From Alphaproteobacteria bacterium (GTDB lineage: Bacteria > Pseudomonadota > Alphaproteobacteria > UBA828): 64,000 nucleotides of DNA. The stretch's first letter is position 1. Each line of letters starts with the position of its first letter. The position numbers and the translations under genes were made by a program. The DNA lies in contig CBDCQT010000011.1 in the NCBI GenBank assembly GCA_965220745.1, positions 352,001 to 416,000 on the forward strand, written 5' to 3'. The notes beneath the pieces were generated by a model, which was given only the letters and a program-made list of their open reading frames with translations, did not search any database and had not been told where the DNA came from. Positions 9,190-18,627 of this stretch are shown in pieces.

Positions 9190-9336
9190 CGCGCCGCCCT
9201 TCGGGTCGCGCCCAGGCGCCCGCCCGCGTCGTCGCGGGCCTCAACCGTATTCCCCGATACGCTTTTCGGCCCGCTCCTTGCGGATCGAACGCCTGGACGC
9301 GACGCAGGCCGTGACCCTGGTGAGAAGTGCGGGTTA
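9190..9336. repeat. REP/MITE-like palindromic remnant ending at the rhodanese stop codon
   Basis: Nested inverted segments (CCAGGCG...CGCCTGG; GCGGGCC...GGCCCGC; CGTAT...ATACG). The end GTGAGAAGTGCGGGTTA resembles GCGAGAAGCGCGGATTA at 33628-33644. Confidence 0.55.
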
Positions 9337-9729
9337 AGGACGCGGCTTCTCCTCGGTCGGGCCGCCCGCCTCTTTCCACGCGCCGAAGCCGCCGGCGATG
9401 TGAGCGACTGGGCTGAGCCCCATGTTCTGCGCCGCCTGCGTGGCCAGCGCCGAGCGCATGCCGCCGGCGCAGAAGAAGACGAACTTCTTGCCGCTCGCGA
9501 AGAAGGGCTTGTGATAGGGGCTCTCGGGATCGATCCAGAACTCGATCATGCCCCGCGGCACATGGCGCGCGCCGGGGACGGCCCCCTCGCGCCACAGCTC
9601 CCGAATGTCACGGATGTCGACGAGTTCGACGCCCTCGTCGTCCACCAGCGCGATGGCGTCGGCGGCCGAGAGCGTCTCGATTTCGGCCTCGGCCTCGGCC
9701 ACCAGCTCCTTGATGCCCTTCGTGATCAT
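9334..9729 (-). CDS. Single-domain rhodanese-like protein
   Basis: VDIRDIRE, PRGMIEFWIDP, active-site FCAGGMRSAL; GGAGGAG RBS. Confidence 0.88.
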   Translation of the reverse strand: MITKGIKELVAEAEAEIETLSAADAIALVDDEGVELVDIRDIRELWREGAVPGARHVPRGMIEFWIDPESPYHKPFFASGKKFVFFCAGGMRSALATQAAQNMGLSPVAHIAGGFGAWKEAGGPTEEKPRP

Positions 9730-9813
9730 GGCTCCTCCCTGCGGTGCCCTGGAGCGCCGCGATGATGGCCGATGCCGGCTGCCGGCACCAGCGCTGCGCA
9801 CCCTCGGTTTGCG

Positions 9814-10776
9814 TTACGCCGCGTCTCCTGGCCTCGACGGGGTCTCCAGTGCCGTGAGAAGTGCGAGTAGCCGCGTATCGCGCTCGGCCGCGAGCGCCGG
9901 GATCGATTGGCCGTCCAGCATGTCGTCCACTGCGCGGCTCATGGTCTCGATCGCGGTCTCATCGAGGCGCGGCGTGCCGGAATCCGCCCACCAGCGTTCC
10001 AGCCCCGGCCCGAAGTGGTTGAGAGCCCCGCGCGTGCCGCCCTCGCCGCCGGCCAGGTGCATGGTGAGAAACGGCCCCATGAAGGCCCAGCGGAGCCCTG
10101 GGCCGTGGGAAACCGCCGCGTCGATATCGGCGGCGCTGGCTGCGCCCGAAAGCAGCAGATGAAAGGCCTCGCGCAGGAGCGCCGCCTGCAGCCGGTTGGC
10201 GATGTGGCCCGGCACCTCGCGCTCGACCCGGATCGCGCGCTTGCCGTGGGCGTTGTAGAAGGCGAGCGCCCAGTCGACCGTAGCCGGGTCGGTCTCGCGC
10301 CCGCCCACCACCTCGACCAGGGGGACGAGATGGGGCGGGTTGAAGGGGTGGCCGACGACGAAGCGCGGGCCGCTGCGCAGCCCCTCCTGAAGCTCGCTGA
10401 TCAACAGGCCCGACGTGCTCGATGCGAGCACCGCGTCCGGCGTGAGCGCCCCGTCGATGCGCCGGTAGAGTTCGCGCTTGAGGGCCGTGTCTTCCGGCGC
10501 GTTCTCCTGCACGAAGACCGCGCCGTCCACGGCGTCCTCGGGGTCTGCGACCACACGAACTCGGCCGGGATCGGCGCCGGGCTCAAGGCCGAGCCGCTCC
10601 ATCGCGGGCCAGGCTGCCTCGATGAAGGCGCGGAGGCGCTCAGCGGTGCCGGGCGCCGGATCCCAGGCCGTGACCGAGAAGCCGCGCGCCAGAAAATACG
10701 TTGCCCAGCTCGCACCGATGGTGCCGGTGCCGAGCAGCGCAATCGTGTTGACCGCCGTAGGTGCGGGCCGTGCCAT
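9814..10776 (-). CDS. 3-hydroxyacyl-CoA dehydrogenase family (carnitine dehydrogenase / lambda-crystallin-like)
   Basis: GTGTIG NAD motif, QENAPE, ASSTSG, GHPFNPPHLVPLVEVV, GPGLRWA. Confidence 0.85.
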   Translation of the reverse strand: MARPAPTAVNTIALLGTGTIGASWATYFLARGFSVTAWDPAPGTAERLRAFIEAAWPAMERLGLEPGADPGRVRVVADPEDAVDGAVFVQENAPEDTALKRELYRRIDGALTPDAVLASSTSGLLISELQEGLRSGPRFVVGHPFNPPHLVPLVEVVGGRETDPATVDWALAFYNAHGKRAIRVEREVPGHIANRLQAALLREAFHLLLSGAASAADIDAAVSHGPGLRWAFMGPFLTMHLAGGEGGTRGALNHFGPGLERWWADSGTPRLDETAIETMSRAVDDMLDGQSIPALAAERDTRLLALLTALETPSRPGDAA

Positions 10777-10924
10777 GGGAGCCTCCTTCGCCTGCCGGCG
10801 GGACGTTCACGGAGTGGTTCAGTCGAATTAAGGGCTGGGCGCTTCCGCCCGGCGCTATATATACCGATCGAGCCCGGCAATCGAGGAAACGGGGCGCGGC
10901 AGTGCGCTGCCGAGGGAGGACGTG

Positions 10925-11344
10925 ATGGCGGACAAGGTGGTGAAGACGGATGCGGAATGGCGCGCGGCGCTGACCGAGGAACAGTACTACGTCACCCGAA
11001 TGGGAGGCACCGAGCGGCCTTTCACGGGTGCCTACTGCGACGAGAAGACGCCGGGCGAGTATGCCTGCGTCTGCTGCGGCGCCGCCCTCTTCAGCTCCGG
11101 CGACAAGTTCGATTCAGGCACCGGCTGGCCGAGCTTCACGAGGCCGGTCGATCCGGGGAACGTCGGCTCGGTGGAGGACATGAGCTACGGGATGCGCCGG
11201 ACCGAGGTGGTGTGCAGCCGGTGCGGCGCCCATCTCGGCCACGTCTTCCCCGACGGGCCGGCGCCCACGGGCTTGCGCTACTGCATGAACTCCGCCGCGC
11301 TCGTGCTTACACCCAAGGACGACGGCGGGGCGGGAGGGACTTAG
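10925..11344 (+). CDS. msrB: Peptide-methionine (R)-S-oxide reductase
   Basis: [35 protein letters not shown]; two CxxC Zn motifs. Confidence 0.95.
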   Translation: MADKVVKTDAEWRAALTEEQYYVTRMGGTERPFTGAYCDEKTPGEYACVCCGAALFSSGDKFDSGTGWPSFTRPVDPGNVGSVEDMSYGMRRTEVVCSRCGAHLGHVFPDGPAPTGLRYCMNSAALVLTPKDDGGAGGT

Positions 11345-11356
11345 CCAAGCCGGGAC

Positions 11357-12283
11357 TCAGGCGTCTCTCGACGACGCGGTCTCCCGCACGATTCCCCGGA
11401 AGCGCCCGAACGGCGACAGGTCGTCGGAGGAGCGCCGCGACACCATTCCGGTGCGGTGACGATACGTGCCGAACGTCACCGGCAGGGGCTTGAGTGGATG
11501 TCCGGGCAAACGCTCCAGGAAGGTCAGCGACAGCCAGGAGAGGTAGGGGCCTGCTGCCATCAGGAACAGTCCGGCGGAACCGGCGCGTGTGACGGTCTTC
11601 ACCCGCTGGCCGGTTCTCTCATAGAGCTGGTCGAGGACTCCGGCCAGCGAAGGCCGACCGTTGGCGGCGTCCGCCCGCATGGGTGCATCGAAGTCGATCC
11701 ACGGGTATTGGACAAGCGCGTCATCGCTCACCGTTCCGGAATGGAGCGGATGGTCCTTGTGGGCGACGATGCCCCACGTCATGTCGATGAAGCGTTCGCT
11801 CTTGAGGAACTGCGGCAAGGGTTCGTTGCTGTTGATGCCGCCGCAGTGAATGTCGCTATCGCCGTTGGCCAGGAGGCGAACACCCTCGGTCATCGGAAGG
11901 GTCTTCAGCTTGAGTTCCACGCCGGGGCAGGTCTCGTGGAACTTGGCGATCGCATCGGGAAGCACGGCCCGCATCCACATGGGGCCAGCCGTGACGCGCA
12001 AGCTGCCAGTGCGGCCCGCGAGGGTCGCGGTGATCTTCTCTTCGGCAGCTTCGATTTCGTAGAGGATATGGCGTGCCAGATCCGCGACGACGGCGCCGAG
12101 CGGCGTGAGCCGAACGCCCGTGGACATGCGGTCGAACAGCCGGCCTCCGAACTGGCGCTCGAGCCGTGCGACCACGCGCGAGAGGGCGGGTTGCGTGATG
12201 CCGAGCTTGTCGGCGGCGGAGAGGATGGCGCCTGTCTCGGCAACGGCAAGGAACTTGATCAGATCGTTGCGCTTCTCAAACAT
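11357..12283 (-). CDS. LysR family transcriptional regulator
   Basis: FLAVAETGAILSAADKLGITQPALSR HTH, GVRLTPLG; about 308 aa. Confidence 0.9.
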   Translation of the reverse strand: MFEKRNDLIKFLAVAETGAILSAADKLGITQPALSRVVARLERQFGGRLFDRMSTGVRLTPLGAVVADLARHILYEIEAAEEKITATLAGRTGSLRVTAGPMWMRAVLPDAIAKFHETCPGVELKLKTLPMTEGVRLLANGDSDIHCGGINSNEPLPQFLKSERFIDMTWGIVAHKDHPLHSGTVSDDALVQYPWIDFDAPMRADAANGRPSLAGVLDQLYERTGQRVKTVTRAGSAGLFLMAAGPYLSWLSLTFLERLPGHPLKPLPVTFGTYRHRTGMVSRRSSDDLSPFGRFRGIVRETASSRDA

Positions 12284-12369
12284 CTGTGGTCCGCGTCCTT
12301 CGCGAATTATCTGCACATAACTCACCTATGCATGTGGCAGCGATGGCAAAATGCGTCCAGAAAGGAATT

Positions 12370-12747
12370 CTAACACTCTCGATAAGAAGCTCTTATGAAT
12401 TTGCCTGAAGTTGCGGACATCTGGTTTGGGTGTATTCGCATAATAATGATCGAGTCCTTGAATTTCTGCATCGATAATGTCAGTCGAACAAATGGCATGA
12501 CGACTTGGTAGGTTGGCAAATCTGATTTGCGTGTCATTGCATAATCCATTGCAATTACGTTATTTTTGACAACGACGTTCGGAAGTGGGGAGGAGGAATT
12601 CGACAGCTTCCGTGGCCTCCCGGGATCGACCTCGTAGAAATGTTTATGGCCTTGAGCGTCAGAGATAGCTCGAGAAATATTCATGATAACGGGCACATGG
12701 TGAGCGACTTCCGAAATCAAAACGTTGCTACTATGCACATCAGGCAT
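12370..12747 (-). CDS. Hypothetical protein in a low-GC segment
   Basis: 125-codon open frame in AT-richer DNA, co-oriented between two LysR genes; no family recognised. Confidence 0.4.
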   Translation of the reverse strand: MPDVHSSNVLISEVAHHVPVIMNISRAISDAQGHKHFYEVDPGRPRKLSNSSSPLPNVVVKNNVIAMDYAMTRKSDLPTYQVVMPFVRLTLSMQKFKDSIIIMRIHPNQMSATSGKFIRASYREC

Positions 12748-12915
12748 GTGCTTTTCTTAAGGGTGCATCCCACACATATCAACGGGGTGGTGCGCTTCTC
12801 GCCGGGCCCGCGCAAGTATCATCTTGCATTGCACGTCGCCGACTTGGTGAAGATCCGGCGGCGGAGTCTCGCGAGGGTAACCGGCAAAGAGCGGCGCGCC
12901 GCACCGCGGTGCGTT

Positions 12916-13845
12916 CTACTCCTCGTCCTGGGACGACGCACTTTGCTCCAAGAGCGAGAGACAGAGCCGTGCGATGGGTCTGACGCGACCCTGGTCCGTG
13001 AGCGCGGCGCAAAAGTGATTGTCGCGTTCGATATAACCATCGCCGAGTGCGACCAGGGCGCCGGTTTCGAGATGCTGATCGACGAAGTTTTTCCAGCCGA
13101 GCGCGATGCCCTGCCCTTCGACGGCCGCCTCAAGCGAATAGACGTAATTGTCAAAGCTCACGAACCGAGGCGAGGGCTCGGGGCGCCCAGCGGCTTGAAA
13201 CCAGTCCTCCCACGACGCCCAGTTCTCACTAGCGCTGCCAGGTTCGAGAAACGAGAGACCACTCCAGCCGCTCACGGGGCCATTCAGCGTATCCGAATGG
13301 GTTGCAGCGTATTCGGGGGCACAGACCGGCCTCACCGCTTCCGCAAAAAGCACCACTGCGCTGTCCCCTCGAATGGTGGCCTCCCAGTCCAAAACCACGT
13401 CGGGCACCGAATCGAGTGGCAGGTTCTGCGAGTAACGATGAAAAATTACGGTTTGTATTTGAGTGCGCTCGCCGAGTGCTTCGCGAAGCGCATTGTGTCG
13501 CGGTCTCAGCACGTAGTGCGACACCGGGTTAGAGCACGCGATCACCACTCGTTCGCCCGATGAGGCCTCGGCGATCTCGGAGGTGGCCTTGTCGATCATA
13601 CCGAGCGCAGGGGCGACGCCTGTATGGAAGCGCCGTCCGGCTTCGGTCAGCTTCACTCCGGTTCGGGATCGTTCGAACAGCTTGGCACCATTCTTCTCTT
13701 CGAGGTTTGCGATATGGCGACTAATTGCAGGTTGCGATGTGCCCAGCTCCTTGGCCGCTCCGGCGAAACTTCCGGTCCGTGCGGCGCATTCGAAGGCGAT
13801 GAGGGCCGCCGTCGGTGGAATTCGATAGGGGCTGGACTTAGCCAT
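12916..13845 (-). CDS. LysR family regulator (GcvA-like)
   Basis: ALIAFECAARTGSFAGAAKELGTSQPAISRHI HTH; C-terminal WEDWF and AAVEGQGIALGW. Confidence 0.9.
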   Translation of the reverse strand: MAKSSPYRIPPTAALIAFECAARTGSFAGAAKELGTSQPAISRHIANLEEKNGAKLFERSRTGVKLTEAGRRFHTGVAPALGMIDKATSEIAEASSGERVVIACSNPVSHYVLRPRHNALREALGERTQIQTVIFHRYSQNLPLDSVPDVVLDWEATIRGDSAVVLFAEAVRPVCAPEYAATHSDTLNGPVSGWSGLSFLEPGSASENWASWEDWFQAAGRPEPSPRFVSFDNYVYSLEAAVEGQGIALGWKNFVDQHLETGALVALGDGYIERDNHFCAALTDQGRVRPIARLCLSLLEQSASSQDEE

Positions 13846-14021
13846 AACGTAATTGATACAAGCATAATCCAAGAATCGCAACGCACTTTGGGAAGGCTAT
13901 GCTTGGGGAGATCAAATATATAACTAAAAATTATATACATACTCGAAGAAGAGAGCCTGTTAAAGATGCTGAAATACATAGTAATATAACTTAAGTGAAT
14001 GCATCCTGCGCAGACTTCTGC

Positions 14022-14270
14022 ACCGAGGCGATCGACATCCCTGTCCTGCCGATGCTCGCCAAGCGGCTCTTCTTCAAGTTCCACAGCCTGTGCGACACGA
14101 TGCGCCTGCCGGAGAAGCGCGCCGCCTGCTTCGCCTTCGTGCACGACGAGGTGGCCTCCGGCGCGTCGAGGCCGATCATCGACCGGACCTTCCCGCTCGA
14201 GCAGATCGCGGACGCGCCTCGCTACATGGAAACCAACACGCGGGGCGGCAAGATCGTGGTTACGACCTGA
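14022..14270 (+). pseudogene. C-terminal fragment of an MDR/zeta-crystallin NADPH:quinone oxidoreductase
   Basis: ...RPIIDRTFPLEQIADAPRYMETNTRGGKIVVTT* is a typical MDR C-terminus. The N-terminal part is absent and replaced by AT-rich DNA. Confidence 0.75.
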
Positions 14271-14319
14271 CCTGCGCCGAGACCCTTTCTCTCACAGCGG
14301 TCGCGGCGATAAGTCTGGG

Positions 14320-14805
14320 CTAAGTCTCGAACGCCAGATCGGCGGGAGAAATCAGCACGCCGAACTGGACGCACCAGATGACGACGCTCGGATACTCCTT
14401 CAGGTCGACACCCTTGGGGATGGGATATTTCTGGCTGCCCTCGAACGCGCGCAATTTGCCGAGGTCGATGTACATCGTCGATTTGACGTCGGAGGATTCA
14501 CGGATTTCTTCGCGTGGAACGAGATAGACGTGAAACGCGGGTCCCGGCCCAACTTTGAAGTCCTCCTCAAGGAATACCAGCTCTTCATAGACCGTAACCC
14601 GCCCCTCACCGTAGTGGATCGGGTCCGAGGGATTTGCGTGAATAAACGTGCCTTGAGCGACAACCTCGGTCTGCTCTTCGGCCGTGAGAGTCTCCATCGC
14701 AGGCGGCGGCGGAAACACGTAGGGAAATATGAAGAAGCCAACGGCCACGCCGAAGGCCGTACCCAAGACGCCCCCAATGAAGAAGGCGATAATCCATTTC
14801 CGCAT
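14320..14805 (-). CDS. DM13 domain protein with N-terminal membrane anchor
   Basis: FKVGPGPAFHVYL, DLGKLRAFEGSQKYPIP, SVVIWCVQFGV; AGGAGG RBS. Confidence 0.85.
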   Translation of the reverse strand: MRKWIIAFFIGGVLGTAFGVAVGFFIFPYVFPPPPAMETLTAEEQTEVVAQGTFIHANPSDPIHYGEGRVTVYEELVFLEEDFKVGPGPAFHVYLVPREEIRESSDVKSTMYIDLGKLRAFEGSQKYPIPKGVDLKEYPSVVIWCVQFGVLISPADLAFET

Positions 14806-15272
14806 CGTCACCTCCTGCGGTGATCGTTGCTACGGGTTCGCCCAGTTCGGCTCGGGCATTCAGCTAGATAGGCGCGCATGGTAGGTCGTGATTGCCGAAG
14901 CATACAGGCAAGAGATCGTGCACGAATTGGTAACCGAAGATCACTCGTATAGAGAGTGGTTCTGTGCCTCTGCGCTTTCAAGGGGCGGTGTCCCGTAGGC
15001 ACCCTAGTTTCTGGTTGGGTATCGGTCGCCGCCGAGGCTTCTTCGACTGGCACCCGTCACCGCCTTTCGCCTCGCGCCTCAATCGTCGCCCCGCCAATGC
15101 TGTTATGGGCATGATGGCGATGCAGCGTCGCAAGCGCGGTGTTATTATCATCTTTACCAGCTGCACCCATCCCAAGGTCCTTGTACGACCTGCTGCGGAC
15201 CGCAGCGACGAGAGCGGCGGCGACTGACCGGGCTAACCGGTTTGCTGCGCTGCGCCAGAGGGAGGACGATCA

Positions 15273-16478
15273 ATGGACAAGACCAACTCGAAATCGAATT
15301 CTGTGCCACACCAGAAGCGCCGCGTATCGCGGCGGAGCGTGCTCAAGGGCGCCGCGGCATTGACGGCCGCGGGGTTCACCTGGAAGAGCATCGGTCCTTT
15401 CGTGCGTGACGCGGAGGCGGCAACGCTGGAGCTGCGCTGGCTCGGCTGGGAGCACTACAACGTCAAGAGCCTGACCGCCGAGTTCGAGAACCGGCACGAC
15501 GTCAAGGTCAGCGCCGGGTTTTTCGACGGCAATTCCGAAGCCTGGAACAAGCTGCGCGCCGGCGGCACCCAGGATTTCGACCTGGTGATGGCCGACGGAT
15601 TCTGGCCGCGCCTCTATGCCAAGCAGGGTCTGGTACAGGCGGTCGACTATTCGAAGCTGGACCTGAGCAACGTCTTCGACGACTTCGTGCCGCCAAAGTT
15701 CACGTTGCTGCGTGCGGAGGACAGCGAGGACATGATCGCCGCGCCCAACTGCTGGGGCGGGTATGGCTTCACGGTCAACACCGACAAGGTTGCGGCCGAG
15801 GATCAGGAATCGGTGAACCTTCTGTTCAACGAGAAGTACGAGGGGCATCTCTCGACCAGCGCGCGCTTCGAGGAGAACATCGCGCTGGCCGGCATCCTCG
15901 CCGCGCACAACATGGGCACGCAGGACAGCCCGCGGCCTGATGGCAAGAGCTTCAATCCTTACGTGCTGTCGGATGAGGAACTCGAAGAGTGCAAGCGCCT
16001 CCTGATCAAGCAGAAGGGGTTGCTGGTCAATCGCTGGAACGACGAGGACACGCTGGAGCGGCTGCTGCGCGCCCAGGTGGTGTGGGCGTCGCCCGAGTGG
16101 TCCGGCATCTACCGGCGCATTCACTTCGACAAGCTCGACGGCAAGTCCGATCTCAACATGCGCCACGTCCTCAAGCCCACGGAAGGCGGGCTCGGCTGGG
16201 TGGACCAGTGGTCCATTACCTCGGGCGTGACAGACAGCGAGAAGCTGGAGATCGCGCACAAGTGGATCGACTTCCGGCTCGAGCGCGAGGCCATGAAGAC
16301 GGTGGCGGTCGAAATCGGCTGGGCGCCCACCGTGGACGTTCGCGACATGCTGCCGGAGCGCTACGTGGATACCCTGTTCCTGAACGAGACCGAGTCAATC
16401 CACGGCCTCTATCAGTTTGACGCGCCCTCCTCGCCCGAGAAGTGGGAGCGCATCTGGTCGGCGGTGGAAGCGGCCTAA
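15273..16478 (+). CDS. PotD/PotF-like ABC substrate-binding protein with Tat signal
   Basis: SRRSVLKGAAA twin-arginine signal, KPTEGGLGWVDQW; followed by potABC-like genes. Confidence 0.85.
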   Translation: MDKTNSKSNSVPHQKRRVSRRSVLKGAAALTAAGFTWKSIGPFVRDAEAATLELRWLGWEHYNVKSLTAEFENRHDVKVSAGFFDGNSEAWNKLRAGGTQDFDLVMADGFWPRLYAKQGLVQAVDYSKLDLSNVFDDFVPPKFTLLRAEDSEDMIAAPNCWGGYGFTVNTDKVAAEDQESVNLLFNEKYEGHLSTSARFEENIALAGILAAHNMGTQDSPRPDGKSFNPYVLSDEELEECKRLLIKQKGLLVNRWNDEDTLERLLRAQVVWASPEWSGIYRRIHFDKLDGKSDLNMRHVLKPTEGGLGWVDQWSITSGVTDSEKLEIAHKWIDFRLEREAMKTVAVEIGWAPTVDVRDMLPERYVDTLFLNETESIHGLYQFDAPSSPEKWERIWSAVEAA

Positions 16479-16503
16479 CCGCAAACTCACGACTACACGG
16501 TAC

Positions 16504-16535
16504 AGAGGGATCGGACCCAACGGTCCGGTCCCTCT
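16504..16535 (+). terminator. Stem-loop after the binding-protein gene (mRNA stabiliser or partial terminator)
   Basis: AGAGGGATCGGACC-CAAC-GGTCCGGTCCCTCT, a 14-bp stem with one G-U pair; no U tract. Confidence 0.6.
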
Positions 16536-16621
16536 CTTGCTATGGTGGCACGTCTTGCCAGATCGCGGCGTAAGGGCGCGCGGCGCATGGCAGCGCTGAT
16601 GATAGCAGGAGTCTGGGCGGG

Positions 16622-17716
16622 ATGAGCGACCAGGCGATCTTGCGCATCGAGGCGGTCGAGAAGCGCTTCGGTGCAGTTCGCGCGGTCGACGGCGTAAGCC
16701 TCGAGGTCGGCCGCCGCGAGTTCTTTGCGCTGCTGGGGCCCAGCGGTTCGGGCAAGACCACGCTGCTGCGCATCGTTTCCGGCCTGGAGGCGCCCGATCG
16801 CGGCCGGGTGGAGATCGGCGGCACCGACGTGACCAGGCTGCCGCCCTATCTGCGCCGCATCGGCATGGTGTTCCAGGACTTCCTTCTGTTCCCGCACCGC
16901 ACGGTGGCGGAGAACATCACCTTCCCGCTCAAGATGCAGGGCCGGAGTGTGGCCGAGCGGCAGGAACAGCTCGACTGGATCCTCGGGTTCGTCCGCATGG
17001 AAGGGCTCGGGGACCGCTTCCCCCATCAACTCTCAGGCGGCCAGAAGCAACGCGTCGCGCTCGCGCGGGGGCTGGTCTCGCGGCCCGAGCTTCTGCTGCT
17101 CGACGAGCCGTTGGCCAACCTCGACCGCGAGCTGCGCAAGGAGATGGAAATCGAGGTGCGTCGCTACCAGGAGGAGCTCGGCATCCCCTTCGTCTACGTG
17201 ACGCACAACCAGGAAGAGGCGCTCACAATGAGCGACCGCATGGCTGTGATGCACCAGGGCGTGCTGGAGCAGATCGGACCCAAGCTGGACGTCTACAACG
17301 CGCCGGCCACGCGGTTCGTCGCCTCCTTCGTCGGCGCGCCGAACAAGCTCTCCGGGCGCGTGATCGAGGGCGAGGGCGAACGCCTCCGCATCGACTGGGA
17401 CGGCATCACGCTGATCGGACGTTCCGTCGGCGACGCCCGGCCGGGCGATGCGGTGGAGATTTATCTCAAGAGTGAACGGATCGCGCTCAGCGCTTCGGCA
17501 GATGGCATCCATCACGAGAACCGGATCGAAGGGACGGTGCGCGACATCATCTTCAAGGGCCAGTTCGCCGACTACATCGTGCGCGCCGGTAACGAGGCGG
17601 AGCTGGTCGTGAGCGGGCCGCCCAGCATCGCCGGCGTCGACCGTGGCTCCCCCGTGAGCCTGGGCTGGGCGGTCGAGGCGGCCGACGTGTTCTTGGCCGG
17701 GGACGGCGCGCCATGA
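16622..17716 (+). CDS. PotA-like ABC ATP-binding protein
   Basis: GPSGSGKTT, LSGGQKQR, LLLDEPL, YVTHNQEEAL; TOBE-like tail. Confidence 0.9.
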   Translation: MSDQAILRIEAVEKRFGAVRAVDGVSLEVGRREFFALLGPSGSGKTTLLRIVSGLEAPDRGRVEIGGTDVTRLPPYLRRIGMVFQDFLLFPHRTVAENITFPLKMQGRSVAERQEQLDWILGFVRMEGLGDRFPHQLSGGQKQRVALARGLVSRPELLLLDEPLANLDRELRKEMEIEVRRYQEELGIPFVYVTHNQEEALTMSDRMAVMHQGVLEQIGPKLDVYNAPATRFVASFVGAPNKLSGRVIEGEGERLRIDWDGITLIGRSVGDARPGDAVEIYLKSERIALSASADGIHHENRIEGTVRDIIFKGQFADYIVRAGNEAELVVSGPPSIAGVDRGSPVSLGWAVEAADVFLAGDGAP

Positions 17717-17744
17717 CGCCCAAGGTGTCGGAGGACGGCGCGCC

Positions 17745-18626
17745 GTGAAGGGGCGTCGAGCGCTCCTGCTCGATCCACGCGTCCGCTTTGCGACGCTGGT
17801 AGGGCCCGGCGCGCTCTTCATCGTCCTCTTCCTGCTGATACCGCTGCTCTCGATCGTCGTTTTCAGTTTTTGGCGGACTGAAAGCTATGAGCTGATTTCC
17901 GACTGGAACGTAAACAACTACGAGGCGGTCCTGGGCGAATGGATCTACCTCAAGTTCCTGCTGAAATCGCTCGCCATGGCTGCCGCGGTCTCCGCTATCT
18001 GCCTCGTTTATGCCTGGCCCTGTGCGTACCTGATTGCCAAGCACGGCGGCCGCTACAAGCTGGTCCTCGTGCTCCTCACAGCAGCCCCGTTCCTGACGGG
18101 AATCCTGCTACGAATTACCGCGATGCAGCAGATCTTGGGGCCAATCGGGCTGGTCAACATGGCGCTGATGGAGTTGGGTGCGCAGCCGATCCAGGTGCTG
18201 ATGTACACCAACATCGCCAGCGCAGTGGGTCTGATTTATCTCTGGATCCCCTTCATGCTGCTGGCGATCTACCTCTCCCTCTTCAACTTCAACTTCGAGC
18301 TGCTGGAAGTGGCGAAGGTGAACGGCGCAAGACCGTGGCGGGCGTTCTTCGAGGTGACGTGGCCGCTCAACTGGATGGGAACTGCGATCGGGATCGTGCT
18401 GGTCTTCATTCCCACCTTCGCCGCGTCCGTGACGCCGCGCTTCCTGGGCGGGCCCGACGGCTCAATGTTCGTCAACCGCCTCGAACATCAATTCGGATCT
18501 GCCGGCACGTGGGCGCTCGGCTCGGCCATGGGGGTGGTGATGTGCGTGGCCTCGCTCGCCGTCATCTTCGTGTTGTGGCGCACGGTCCGGCTGCGCCGGG
18601 CGGGATTCACGGGCGCGGGGGCCTGA
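17745..18626 (+). CDS. PotB-like ABC permease
   Basis: Six TM segments; LLEVAKVNGARPWRAF (EAA loop), TPRFLGG. Confidence 0.88.
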   Translation: MKGRRALLLDPRVRFATLVGPGALFIVLFLLIPLLSIVVFSFWRTESYELISDWNVNNYEAVLGEWIYLKFLLKSLAMAAAVSAICLVYAWPCAYLIAKHGGRYKLVLVLLTAAPFLTGILLRITAMQQILGPIGLVNMALMELGAQPIQVLMYTNIASAVGLIYLWIPFMLLAIYLSLFNFNFELLEVAKVNGARPWRAFFEVTWPLNWMGTAIGIVLVFIPTFAASVTPRFLGGPDGSMFVNRLEHQFGSAGTWALGSAMGVVMCVASLAVIFVLWRTVRLRRAGFTGAGA

Positions 18627-18627
18627 C

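Noticed and set aside
9854-9870. GTGAGAAGTGCGAGTAG, similar to the terminal motif at 9320-9336
   Set aside because: It lies within the dehydrogenase coding frame (RLLALLT), a plausible family C-terminus; probably chance.
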